64,000 nucleotides of DNA. It comes from a bacterium (GTDB taxonomy: Bacteria; Zhuqueibacterota; Zhuqueibacteria; Residuimicrobiales; Krinioviventaceae). Location of the stretch: the NCBI GenBank assembly GCA_963674595.2, contig CAXXFV010000027.1:96001-160000 (forward strand), in the 5' to 3' direction. The translations under genes were made by a program, and so were the position numbers. The first letter of the stretch is position 1, and each line of letters starts with the position of its first letter. Positions 10,403 through 20,129 of this stretch are shown here, one piece after another. The notes below the pieces were generated by a model. That model made no database searches. It was not told where the DNA came from and was given only the letters and a program-made list of their open reading frames with translations.

Positions 10403-11216
10403 TTATTTCAGCGCTCCGGCTGACAATCCTTTCACAAAAGTTTTTTGCATAATTAAAAAGATAAATAAAGGCGGAATACTAAACAAGACGGCGGCTGCGG
10501 ACATTGTGGTTCCACACGTCTGTATATTCACCGACAAACATACCAATACCGACCGGGATAGTTCTCACCGTATCAGAAGTGCTCAGAATTAATGCAAAGA
10601 AAAACTCATTCCAGGAGCCTAAAAAAGCAAATAAAGCTGTTGCGCCCAAACCCGGTAACGCGAGCGGTAAAAGTACTTTGATCAGACACGTCATTTTCGA
10701 ACAGCCGTCGATTAAAGACGCGTCTTCAATTTCCTTGGGGATCGTTTTAAAAAATCCATAAAGCAGCCAGATTACAAATGGCAGCATAACTGCGGTATGG
10801 GTTAAAATTAATCCGATATAGGTATCATACATTCCTGCTTTTCTGATAACCTGAAAAAGAGGTATGATAACCGAAGCGCCGGGAAGCATTTGCGATAATA
10901 AAAAGACCATTAAAAACAACTCTTTTCCTTTAAAATTAAACCGCGAAAAAGAAAATGCCGCCAAACTGCCGATTAATAATGTTAAAAAAGTTGCTGAAAG
11001 AGCAACAACCAAACTATTCACCGTATATTGACCGAAAGGCAAATAGTCAAACATACCTTTATAGGGCTGCAAACTCATATCTTGAGTTACCCATTCCGGC
11101 GGGTATTTATTCACTTGTGGCAATGGTTTTAAAGAGGTGGAAAACATCCACAGAAACGGAAGTAAAACAGCAAAAGCAATTATACTCAATAATATAATCA
11201 ATAACACCTTTTTCAT
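10403..11216 (-). CDS. Carbohydrate ABC transporter permease (MalG-type), +1 frameshift near 10507
   Basis: EAA loop IPKEIEDASLIDGC; removing one base gives the canonical end MSAAAVLFSIPPLFIFLIMQKTFVKGLSAGALK* at 10403. Confidence 0.9.
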
Positions 11217-12079
11217 AGCTCTTCCTTTTTGTTCAGAATTTTAAGGTAAACAAAAGAAAGCGAAATCAACACTGTGAACGTTATAATAGAAAGTGCAGAT
11301 CCTTTTCCAAGATCAAAATGAACAAAAGAATATTCACGAACAAGCACAGGCAGTACCATGGAGGCATGAATAGGGCCTCCCCGTGTCATAACAAATACCA
11401 TATTAAAATCGTTAAAACTCCAGATCATTCCCAATAACAACAACACACTGGTAACTGAACTAAGATTAGGCATGGTGATATGAATAAATTTGCCTACGAT
11501 AGAAGCCCCGTCTACATTCGCCGCTTCATACTGTTCACGGGGAATGGATTGAAGTCCGGCATAGAACATAACCATAGCAAAAGGAAAAAACTGCCAGACT
11601 CTTGCAATGATGACACATATTAAAGCTGTTCCGGCGCTGCCCAGCCAGGTAATACCTTCTTTAAGGATTCCCGAACGGGTTAGCCAGTAATTAACCAGAC
11701 CGAAATTGTCGTTTAATATCCATTTCCAGGCAAATCCGGCAACAACCGGTGATACGACCCAGGGAATGGTATACAAAAATTTATAAAAATTATTGACTTT
11801 AAGCTTTGTGTTTAATAACAGGGCTATTCCCAATCCCAAAGATAACGAGACCAACGTCCCTAAAACCGAGTATAATACGGTATTTTTAAGTGAAAGCCAG
11901 AAAACATCATCGTGCAAAACATGAAAATAGTTTTTTAATCCGATCCAGCCATTGGTCCCATCAATGAGGCTGACATGCATAAAACTGTTGATTAAATTTT
12001 GAAAAAGAGGATATACCAACACAAATATAGTAAAAATTAATGCAGGTGCTAATAACAGATAAGGCAAATATTTTTTCAT
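11213..12079 (-). CDS. Carbohydrate ABC transporter permease (MalF-type)
   Basis: AGLQSIPREQYEAANVDGA; ITMP; MTRGGP. Confidence 0.92.
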   Translation of the reverse strand: MKKYLPYLLLAPALIFTIFVLVYPLFQNLINSFMHVSLIDGTNGWIGLKNYFHVLHDDVFWLSLKNTVLYSVLGTLVSLSLGLGIALLLNTKLKVNNFYKFLYTIPWVVSPVVAGFAWKWILNDNFGLVNYWLTRSGILKEGITWLGSAGTALICVIIARVWQFFPFAMVMFYAGLQSIPREQYEAANVDGASIVGKFIHITMPNLSSVTSVLLLLGMIWSFNDFNMVFVMTRGGPIHASMVLPVLVREYSFVHFDLGKGSALSIITFTVLISLSFVYLKILNKKEEL

Positions 12080-13368
12080 TTATTGCCCTCAATAATATCC
12101 TGTGCCTCTTTTGCAGCCAATTCCAAAGCTTTTTCAACTGTCAATTCACCAATGATGGCTTTTTGACCATAAGGCGCAATAACATTTCTAACAATAGTGA
12201 TCATTTTAGGATGTGCCGGCCAGGGTTTTGCGTATTGCAATTCATGAACAAATACATCAAAATGCGGGAAAGGTTTTTTCTCCGGACTGTTTATGGCTTT
12301 TAATGTTGTGGGAAATGCGCCCATATCTTGCCGGATCCATTCCATGTCGGCTTCTTCATTTCTTAAATATTTTGTCAGTTGCCATGCCTCATTCAGATGT
12401 TTTGAATGGGCACTTATGGCTATCATAACCATGTCCTGTAATGTAGGCGCTGTATCGTACTGGTCTATTTTATCATCAGGAACCGGGACCGGTACGGACA
12501 TAAATCCCATACCGGGATTTTTCTCTTGTATAACAAAATTCATCCAGGGGCCTTCTATAGCCATCGCTACCTTTTTACCGCAAAAGAGATCATTTATTTC
12601 TGTGTGAGAATAAGCTAAAAATCCCGGTGTTATGGACTTGTCTTTTTGATACATATCCGTAAGAAGCTGAAGCGCGCCGGCACTTATTTCATTGTTAAAT
12701 GTTACTTTGGTCAAATCATCGGACAGAAAGGTCCCCCCTGCTTTTAATATAAAAGGAGCAAGACGGTAGGAAAAACCTCCGCGATCACCTCCCAGTAAAG
12801 TCATACCCCATTGATCAATAGCGCCGTCTCCATCTAAATCTTTAGTCAGCTTTTTTGCCGTAGCGCGAAACTCCGACCATGTTTTAGGAGGTGTCAGACC
12901 TTCTTTATTAAATAACTCTTGATTGCAGACAAGAACAAAAGCCATTCCCGTGCCGGGTAATCCATAATAGTTATCTTTATATCGGCAAGCTTCAAAAAGA
13001 TTCGGTTGGTACCAGGTCCTTACGGAATCAAAATCAGGAAAATTATTGACAGGATATAAATGCCCGGATTCACCAAATTCAGCAGCATAGTTGGCATGGA
13101 TGCGCATAACATCCGGTCCTGTACCTGTGCTAAAGTTGGTATATAAAAGTTCACGAATCATATTCCAACTTTTTTGCCCCTGTATGACTTGAACAACAGG
13201 ATGTTTTTGGTTAAAAGAAGCAACTCTTTCTTTTGTCCATTTCATCATTGTGGGTGAACCGCCAAAGGCCCAAAACTGAATTTTGATAATATTGCTGTCG
13301 GTACCACATGTTAGAAAAAACGCGATTGTTATCACTAAAATTGAACAAATGACCAGCAAACGTTTCAT
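12076..13368 (-). CDS. Sugar ABC transporter substrate-binding lipoprotein
   Basis: Lipobox FLTC; GPDV; PPKTWSEF; GKKVAMAIEGPW. Confidence 0.9.
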   Translation of the reverse strand: MKRLLVICSILVITIAFFLTCGTDSNIIKIQFWAFGGSPTMMKWTKERVASFNQKHPVVQVIQGQKSWNMIRELLYTNFSTGTGPDVMRIHANYAAEFGESGHLYPVNNFPDFDSVRTWYQPNLFEACRYKDNYYGLPGTGMAFVLVCNQELFNKEGLTPPKTWSEFRATAKKLTKDLDGDGAIDQWGMTLLGGDRGGFSYRLAPFILKAGGTFLSDDLTKVTFNNEISAGALQLLTDMYQKDKSITPGFLAYSHTEINDLFCGKKVAMAIEGPWMNFVIQEKNPGMGFMSVPVPVPDDKIDQYDTAPTLQDMVMIAISAHSKHLNEAWQLTKYLRNEEADMEWIRQDMGAFPTTLKAINSPEKKPFPHFDVFVHELQYAKPWPAHPKMITIVRNVIAPYGQKAIIGELTVEKALELAAKEAQDIIEGNK

Positions 13369-13523
13369 TGATCCCTCCGAAGCAGTTATATTTACATTTC
13401 AGCTATTCTCCAAATACCCTTTTATTTTAGAACGACAAATAACTTTTTAAATGGCTCGTTAAATTTGAGCTTCTAACCTATTCTTTTGATACCAGTATTT
13501 ATTAACAAAATATTATTTTCCAA

Positions 13524-14627
13524 TTAATCACGATTGGTTAATTCACACGCTGTCTTGATAAATGTAATAAAATTTTCAGGCGGTGTACCGGGTAGGACAG
13601 CATCAGCAGTAGAAATAATATGCTTCCATCCGGCAACATCATTTATCATTTTTTTTGTCGCAGAACGAATTTTATCGGGTGTGCCGCCTCGCAGCAGGTC
13701 TAAATTTAAATTACCTTTAGTGCAAATTTGTGAATCAATAAACTGCCTCGATTCTGCCAAATTATTATCACCTTCCGGAGGGGGAGCAATTGTTTCAATT
13801 ACATCGGCTCCCATTAAATTAAAAGTGCCATCTTTAATCAATTTTTTTGTAAAGCCACAATTATGATACCAAAACAAGCTATTGTGTTCATGAGTATATT
13901 TTGAAAATTCAGTAATATAAGGTAAATCCATTTCATAAAAAAGCTGGGGCGAAGTCATTTCCAGGCCGTAACTGGAGTCACTCATAAAGTCAATACCTTG
14001 CTCCATTGCAATCGACATGACATATTTTGATGCATGAAAAAAGGCATCCATACTTTTTTTAAACGTTTGCGGGAAATCATGCCATTGCAAATAAATTGCT
14101 TGTGGATTGATCTGATAGCCTAACCATGAAGGATGAGGGTGCCCGGCGACAATAACGCCGTCTTCACCGACTCTTTCCCGAAAATTTTGAAAATACCGGC
14201 GGATATCTGTTTCTCTTTCATGAACATGCTCGCAAATGAAAACAAATTTTTCATGATCTTTTTCTGAATGGACCGGGCAATCTGCTGTATCGCTCCAGGG
14301 TATTTCATCTTTAGGAAATTTATGCTGCCACTCGCCATGAGAGGTTTCAATTGTACAAAATTTGTAAAAACTGTCTGATTTTTTTTTATCTTCTTTCCAG
14401 GGAAAAACAAGAGATGAAAATTCCGTCATAAACATTGGCGCGTAATCCAATGCTTTGGCTAGCTTTATTTCATTTTTAATAAAATCATCTCCAGTCTCTA
14501 ATCCCAAAAAATAAAGTGTATTTTTTATAACATCAGGATCAGGTAAAAAAGGGGAAACGATGTGTTGAGATGTTTCTCCCCGAACGTATGATAAAAATTG
14601 TTCTCTTTTTGATCTAGTATTTTTCAT
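13524..14627 (-). CDS. Uroporphyrinogen-decarboxylase / MtaA-CmuA superfamily protein
   Basis: SPQLFYEM, WYHNCG, IETIAPPPEG, KGNLNL, IISTADAVLPGTPPEN. Confidence 0.8.
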   Translation of the reverse strand: MKNTRSKREQFLSYVRGETSQHIVSPFLPDPDVIKNTLYFLGLETGDDFIKNEIKLAKALDYAPMFMTEFSSLVFPWKEDKKKSDSFYKFCTIETSHGEWQHKFPKDEIPWSDTADCPVHSEKDHEKFVFICEHVHERETDIRRYFQNFRERVGEDGVIVAGHPHPSWLGYQINPQAIYLQWHDFPQTFKKSMDAFFHASKYVMSIAMEQGIDFMSDSSYGLEMTSPQLFYEMDLPYITEFSKYTHEHNSLFWYHNCGFTKKLIKDGTFNLMGADVIETIAPPPEGDNNLAESRQFIDSQICTKGNLNLDLLRGGTPDKIRSATKKMINDVAGWKHIISTADAVLPGTPPENFITFIKTACELTNRD

Positions 14628-14671
14628 TGTTAACCTATAAAAAATTATACCTGGTTCCAGTATTAAGCGTG

Positions 14672-16903
14672 TTAATTTTCATCAATTATTCGGTTAACAA
14701 CCATTTGCCGCATTTCTTCTGATAGACTGGCAAAATAGGCGCTAAACCCGGTAACCCGAACCACCAAATCCGGAAATTTGGAAGGATCTTTATGTGCCTC
14801 TAAAATTTTCTTTTTATCCACAATATTAAAATTAATTTGTGTTCCGCCCATTTTAAAATGGGTTTGGATCAAACTGGCAACCTGATCAATATTATAGCTG
14901 TTTGTGCCAAATCCCGGATCAAGTTCCATTTGCATCGGTGCGGTATTGCCAAATCCCGGTTGAACCGCTGCAACAATATTTGACAACGCTGTGGGTGCTG
15001 AATCTTTACGGAATCCGGGATCAGGATTCGGGCCATGCGAAATAGGACTTTTATCAAATCTTCCGTTCGGTGTAGCGCCAACATCAAGGCCCATTAACGT
15101 ATGTGCGGCCCAGGAAAAAATGCCGGGAACCATCTTAAATCCATGTGGCGTCTTTTTTTCAGTGGTATATTTAGTAAAAATTTTTGAAACACGTTTACCA
15201 TACTCGTCTGCACGTGAGTTTCCGCTTCCATAACGCGGAATGCTTTTCATCATTAAACGTACCTTTTCACCTTCTGGTGTCTGCCAGTCGGCATCCATTA
15301 TATTTTTAATTTCTTTCCAACTTGCTCTTTTTTCTTTTTCTATCCGTTGTTCCAATGCGGCAAATGAATCTGCAACCGTTGCCAGACCGGCAGCATCTAC
15401 ACAAAGGTTAACGTATTTAACACCGCCGTGAGATGCATCCCGTCCTCTTTCAATTACATCATGACATAATAAATCCAAATGTAATTCAGGGAAAACATTG
15501 AACATGTGGTCAATATGATAATCAAGACTTTGGGCTGTTACATCAACAGCTCTATTTAAATGAAATTCAAAACGGTCCCATAATAAACTTGTACAGGGTT
15601 CAACCGATTCGTTTTCCATCATATCTTTCCATGCAACTTGAAAGACAGCGGCAAGATTGATTTTTACACAATCATTAACCGTATATTCTACACCTGGTAA
15701 GGCACTCCAGTGACATCCTGAATAAGCACGTTGTCGCGCCAATTCAACAGGATACCCATTTTTTGTAAATCCTTCAACAGTTTGATTTACACCTAAAAAT
15801 TTTGGAATACCGGTTTTGTCTTTAAACATGATTTCAAGCCCGCGATGCAAAAGCCTGGGATCACAATTATCACCGACACATACCCCGATATTTGCAGGGA
15901 TTTTTAAACGATGTGCTGCTTCCAAAACTAAAAAAGATAACTCATTTGTTGCATCATTACCATTATTATCCGGTCCGCCAAGCTGCATATAGCTTGTATC
16001 CTGAATCAAGTAGCAGGCAAGGTGAAAAATGGCTTCTTCATCAGTTAGAATCCCCGCATTTTTATCTTGTTGATAAAATGGATACAAAAATTGATCAACG
16101 CGCCCTAATGCACCACCCATATTGTACATTTTTCCGGCCATTTGGTACCAGGCCATCCATTGAGCAGCTTCACGAAATGTTGCCGGCGGATCAGAAACCA
16201 GTTTTGTATTAATTGCCGCGATTTTCAGCAAATTTTGTTTTATTTGCGGATTTTCTTCTGTCCCGGCCATTTCTAATGCGGCCCTGGCCGTTCGACCGAT
16301 CCAGCTTTGGAACCCTAATACCGTATCTTCAAGACCGTCATATAATTCCTGAGCTTCGTCATCCGTATTAACTTTACGATAATGACGGATTTTATTTAAA
16401 ATTCCACCCCATCCTAATTTAAAACCTATTGTTATATCCGGACAGAAATGTTGTACAGCACCAATTCCATGGCTCATTTTATATTTATCGTGATCCGCTT
16501 TAAGGTGTGCATAATCAAAATCCGGGTTCCAAAAGGGATCACGGTGTGATAAAAAGTTGGTCATATAACCACCGGCCAGTGAACTGATGGGATCGATATA
16601 AACCGGATGAATTTCCAAAAGTTTTCTGAAATTTTTGCCACATGATCGTGCTCCGAAAAATCCTCCGCTGGGATGGTTTGCTTCGGGTTCAAATTCCTTT
16701 AACAATACATCGGTTATAGGAACACCGGAACCACTGATAACCTCAACGATATTCCTGGATTCGGGTGGCGGCAAGATAATAGCATGATCATCAAAATCCA
16801 TGGAACCGATAACGTCCCACTTTTCTTTTGTATGCTTTAATTTTGTTTTCCGAAGCGCGTCAATGCGCTCCTGGTATGAGTATTTAACAAGATTGTCCTT
16901 CAT
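14672..16903 (-). CDS. Glycyl radical enzyme (PFL superfamily), uncharacterised subtype
   Basis: Gly-radical motif DLVVRVTGFSAYF; LGRVDQFLYPFY; GATPNGR; Cys loop YSGCHWS. Confidence 0.92.
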   Translation of the reverse strand: MKDNLVKYSYQERIDALRKTKLKHTKEKWDVIGSMDFDDHAIILPPPESRNIVEVISGSGVPITDVLLKEFEPEANHPSGGFFGARSCGKNFRKLLEIHPVYIDPISSLAGGYMTNFLSHRDPFWNPDFDYAHLKADHDKYKMSHGIGAVQHFCPDITIGFKLGWGGILNKIRHYRKVNTDDEAQELYDGLEDTVLGFQSWIGRTARAALEMAGTEENPQIKQNLLKIAAINTKLVSDPPATFREAAQWMAWYQMAGKMYNMGGALGRVDQFLYPFYQQDKNAGILTDEEAIFHLACYLIQDTSYMQLGGPDNNGNDATNELSFLVLEAAHRLKIPANIGVCVGDNCDPRLLHRGLEIMFKDKTGIPKFLGVNQTVEGFTKNGYPVELARQRAYSGCHWSALPGVEYTVNDCVKINLAAVFQVAWKDMMENESVEPCTSLLWDRFEFHLNRAVDVTAQSLDYHIDHMFNVFPELHLDLLCHDVIERGRDASHGGVKYVNLCVDAAGLATVADSFAALEQRIEKEKRASWKEIKNIMDADWQTPEGEKVRLMMKSIPRYGSGNSRADEYGKRVSKIFTKYTTEKKTPHGFKMVPGIFSWAAHTLMGLDVGATPNGRFDKSPISHGPNPDPGFRKDSAPTALSNIVAAVQPGFGNTAPMQMELDPGFGTNSYNIDQVASLIQTHFKMGGTQINFNIVDKKKILEAHKDPSKFPDLVVRVTGFSAYFASLSEEMRQMVVNRIIDEN

Positions 16904-16980
16904 CGAACCTCTCCAAATCGGCTCAATATTAATAAAACTAATGGGAATTATATATTAGAGTATTAATAATTTTTTATAAA

Positions 16981-17922
16981 TTATATTACTAAAACACCAA
17001 AATCACCGGCAATATTTTTTAATTCATCCATTTTATTATTATTCAATAACTGCAAATGTTGGGCTTTATATTCCAATCCCAGACTAGAATATTTATTTGC
17101 AGCTAATTTATGAAAAGATAATAATTCATATTGAATATCACAGCTCTTCGCCCCTGAATAACCGTTATTATTACGCAGTTCCATCAAACTTTTTATAAAG
17201 GAAGCAATTTCACTTATTTCTTCAGGTGTGTCGTTAAAGGTTGGAATAACAGGCGTTCGAAATAATATCGGCTTGTTAGTATGGGCAAGGTTGCGTGCGT
17301 TTTCGATTATTTTCTCATTCGCCTGACCTGTCGCTTGACGGTGCTTTTCAGAATTCATGTGCTTGAGGTCCATCATTACCAAATCTATAAAGGGCAATAG
17401 CCCGGCAAGTTTCTTCCAGTCATAATTCCCACAGGTTTCAATTGCCGTATGTATATTTTCCCTTTTACAGCTTTCCAGTATGGCCTTGGCAAATTCTCCG
17501 CTTAAAACCGGTTCACCTCCTGAGAGAGTTACGCCGCCTTTGGAATCTTTATAATAAGCGGAATCGCTTAAAATTTCATCCATTACCTGCCCGACGGTCC
17601 ACTCTTTGCCTGTCAATTCAAGAGCCCCGGTGTAACAGGTATCGACACAAGCGCCGCATTTTACGCATCTTTCCCTGTTATAAATATGGATGTTGTTACT
17701 CGCTATATGGGCAGCATTAGAACAAGCTTTTACGCACTCCAGGCATCCGATACACCGATCTGCAATGTATTTGATTTGTGAATGGGTTGGTCTTCCCTCA
17801 GGATTATGGCACCAATAACAACTCATGGTACATCCTTGCAAAAATACAGTCGTTCTGATGCCAGGGCCGTCATGAATGGAAAAGCGTTGTATATTAAAAA
17901 GGATTCCCGTTTGTCTCAACAA
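16981..17922 (-). CDS. Glycyl-radical enzyme activating protein (radical SAM with 2x[4Fe-4S] ferredoxin insert)
   Basis: HDGPGIRTTVFLQGCTMSCYWCHNPE; CIGCLECVKAC and CVKCGACVDTC; GGVTLSGGEP. Confidence 0.95.
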   Translation of the reverse strand: MLRQTGILFNIQRFSIHDGPGIRTTVFLQGCTMSCYWCHNPEGRPTHSQIKYIADRCIGCLECVKACSNAAHIASNNIHIYNRERCVKCGACVDTCYTGALELTGKEWTVGQVMDEILSDSAYYKDSKGGVTLSGGEPVLSGEFAKAILESCKRENIHTAIETCGNYDWKKLAGLLPFIDLVMMDLKHMNSEKHRQATGQANEKIIENARNLAHTNKPILFRTPVIPTFNDTPEEISEIASFIKSLMELRNNNGYSGAKSCDIQYELLSFHKLAANKYSSLGLEYKAQHLQLLNNNKMDELKNIAGDFGVLVI

Positions 17923-18200
17923 ATTACTTTCATATTGACGAATTTGACAAGGTTTAATCAGGATTATTTTGAATTTTTTATCTTTTACAAATATCTAAAA
18001 ATACAGCGAGAAATAATCCTAACTGGTAATGACGGTTAATTTTCAGAATTTAATTTAAAGAAAAACGAAAATCAACATAAAAATATAATATATCTCTTTT
18101 TTTAGCAGGTTAACAGCCAATGTAAATTTTGTAATTATTTTAAATTTATTGCTTTAAAAAAAGACAAATACATTTTTGTAATTATTTTTCAATATTCCCA

Positions 18201-18410
18201 AAAACATCTTGCGCCATTATTAAATAATTTGTATAATTATTTTGTCAGTTTTAGTCTGTTTTTCAAAATGATTGGGATTCTACATTTTTATATAAAAGAC
18301 TTGCTGATTTTCCATTTTTAACACGGGATGTTACGGTACTCATGAGGAAGAGATTGCGTCGGATTAAAAATCATATTCCTGCTAACACACTGTCTTACCT
18401 GTTGGGATTG
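18201..18410 (+). ncRNA. Candidate structured non-coding RNA or leader, copy A
   Basis: TTGCGC-17bp-TATAAT promoter then two stem-loops; homologous to 57331-57560. Confidence 0.45.
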
Positions 18411-18771
18411 ACCAGGTCTGTCTGGTTCTTATTGATTAACACAATTCCTGAATTTTCGTTCACTAATTTAAACTCTCCGTTAATATTTAACAGATTACGC
18501 CTTTTATTTATTATGACATTGTATTGGAGTGTCTATTTAAAACAATGCTGTCACAATGCCTGTGTTACTTTTAAACTTTGATATTTAAAATCAGGCTGTT
18601 GGTATTTTAATTATATATATAATTCTAAATACTGAAAAAGTTTAAGCTGATCGCGATAAATTGGTTACATCAACTTGACAATTACCACATTTCAGTTACC
18701 CGGCTTGATTACAGGTTGCATAGCCCGGGAATAAGGAATGATAGGTACAACGGCAGAAAGAAGGTTCTTCC

Positions 18772-19233
18772 ATGAATAAATACAAGCTCTCAATAACCGG
18801 TCTTTTAGTTTCAGTCATTGTGTACCTCGTTACTCGTTTTACCAAGTATGATTTGTTTGAAAACTTTATTAAAGCTCTTCAGAATTTTGAAAGGCACGAA
18901 ATAGATGAATTTATAATTCCTGTTGTGATCTTTATGATATTTTTGCTAATTGAATTATTTAGGAAAAACCAACATTTATCTGTTGAAAATGAAAAAATTA
19001 AAATATACAAGGCTATGCTGCGTTCAATTCATTATATACTTAATAATTTTCTCAACCAAATGGAGTTGTTTTTAATTACGGCACAGGATATTGAAGAGTT
19101 TCCTGATGATATATTAGCTCTATATGAAGACATTTCAAAAGATGCGAATGCGCAAATTGAAGCATTAAGCAATATCTCTTCAATTAATCCCTCATCTATT
19201 GAAATGTCAATCTTGCCAAAATCAAATGGATAA
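18772..19233 (+). CDS. Hypothetical membrane protein (2 TM plus HisKA-like helical tail)
   Basis: 153-aa ORF; two hydrophobic segments; IHYILNNFLNQM. Confidence 0.6.
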   Translation: MNKYKLSITGLLVSVIVYLVTRFTKYDLFENFIKALQNFERHEIDEFIIPVVIFMIFLLIELFRKNQHLSVENEKIKIYKAMLRSIHYILNNFLNQMELFLITAQDIEEFPDDILALYEDISKDANAQIEALSNISSINPSSIEMSILPKSNG

Positions 19234-19361
19234 TTTATAATAAATAAATGAGGTTGTTAAATAGAGAATTAAGTATAGCAAGTAATAAAACTGGAAATTA
19301 ATTTTTAATATTTTGTAAGATGTAAACTCTCCGTTCATCATCCGATTTGGAGGTGTTCAAA

Positions 19362-19919
19362 ATGGAATTACGTCAAATCGCATATACGGCGCGTCAGCGT
19401 GTCGAAACGACATTCGATGGAATTAAAAGGTTCTCAAAGCTGGAAAGAGTACTCGCACTTGTCTGCATTCTAATTCCTGCATTGCTGATCATATTTGATA
19501 ACGGTCCTGTTCGCCCCAGTATCAGTGCCTATTATGATATGGAAAAGAACCAGGTTTATTACTTTTCTTTAACTGTCGCATCCATGCTATTCATTGTAAA
19601 TGGTATTGTAAAAAGAAAAAAAATATATAATACCATACTGGGTATAATGCTTGCCGGATTAATATTATTTAATCATGAGGATGCATGTGTTTTACATTTT
19701 ATTTTTGCAGCAATATTTTTCAGCGGTAATGCGCTGGTTATGGTTATTTACACACCAAGGAAGGAATTATGGTTTAAAATTCTTTTGGTACTTTGTATTG
19801 TGATTTCAATGCTTGTATTTTTTATTTTCAAGTGGGGCACATTATTTTTTGCGGAATGGCTGTCATTTACAATTATCGCTGTGCATTATGTTCTGGAGTC
19901 ATTAGGTTTAATACATTAA
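19362..19919 (+). CDS. Hypothetical integral membrane protein (DUF998-like)
   Basis: GGAGG RBS before ATG 19362; SISAYY motif; about 6 TM helices; LHFIFAAIFF. Confidence 0.65.
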   Translation: MELRQIAYTARQRVETTFDGIKRFSKLERVLALVCILIPALLIIFDNGPVRPSISAYYDMEKNQVYYFSLTVASMLFIVNGIVKRKKIYNTILGIMLAGLILFNHEDACVLHFIFAAIFFSGNALVMVIYTPRKELWFKILLVLCIVISMLVFFIFKWGTLFFAEWLSFTIIAVHYVLESLGLIH

Positions 19920-20129
19920 GAGGCGTACATTATTTTTGGGGAATAAATTGCATTCTTTTCTATGATTTATTACATTCCATGTAACAATTTCAATTAGAGA
20001 TTATAAATATTGATCCCGAAAAAGGGTCAAAAAATTGAACATCCGGGAAAACGATGTTATCCTGTTAAATCTCGTAAAATTTTAATAATTAAATATAATT
20101 ATATACCATTTTCCAGGAGCCACCTCTTT

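Noticed and set aside
10403-10510. Programmed frameshift or true pseudogene in the ABC permease (also at 29572 and 56560)
   Set aside because: These are isolated single-base indels without clear slippery sites, consistent with assembly error.
14672-16903. Pyruvate formate-lyase pflB
   Set aside because: It lacks the vicinal Cys-Cys, and its activase has a ferredoxin insert, unlike PflA.
18342-18581. 79-aa ORF
   Set aside because: No clear RBS, and the homologous copy at 57479 does not preserve the ORF.
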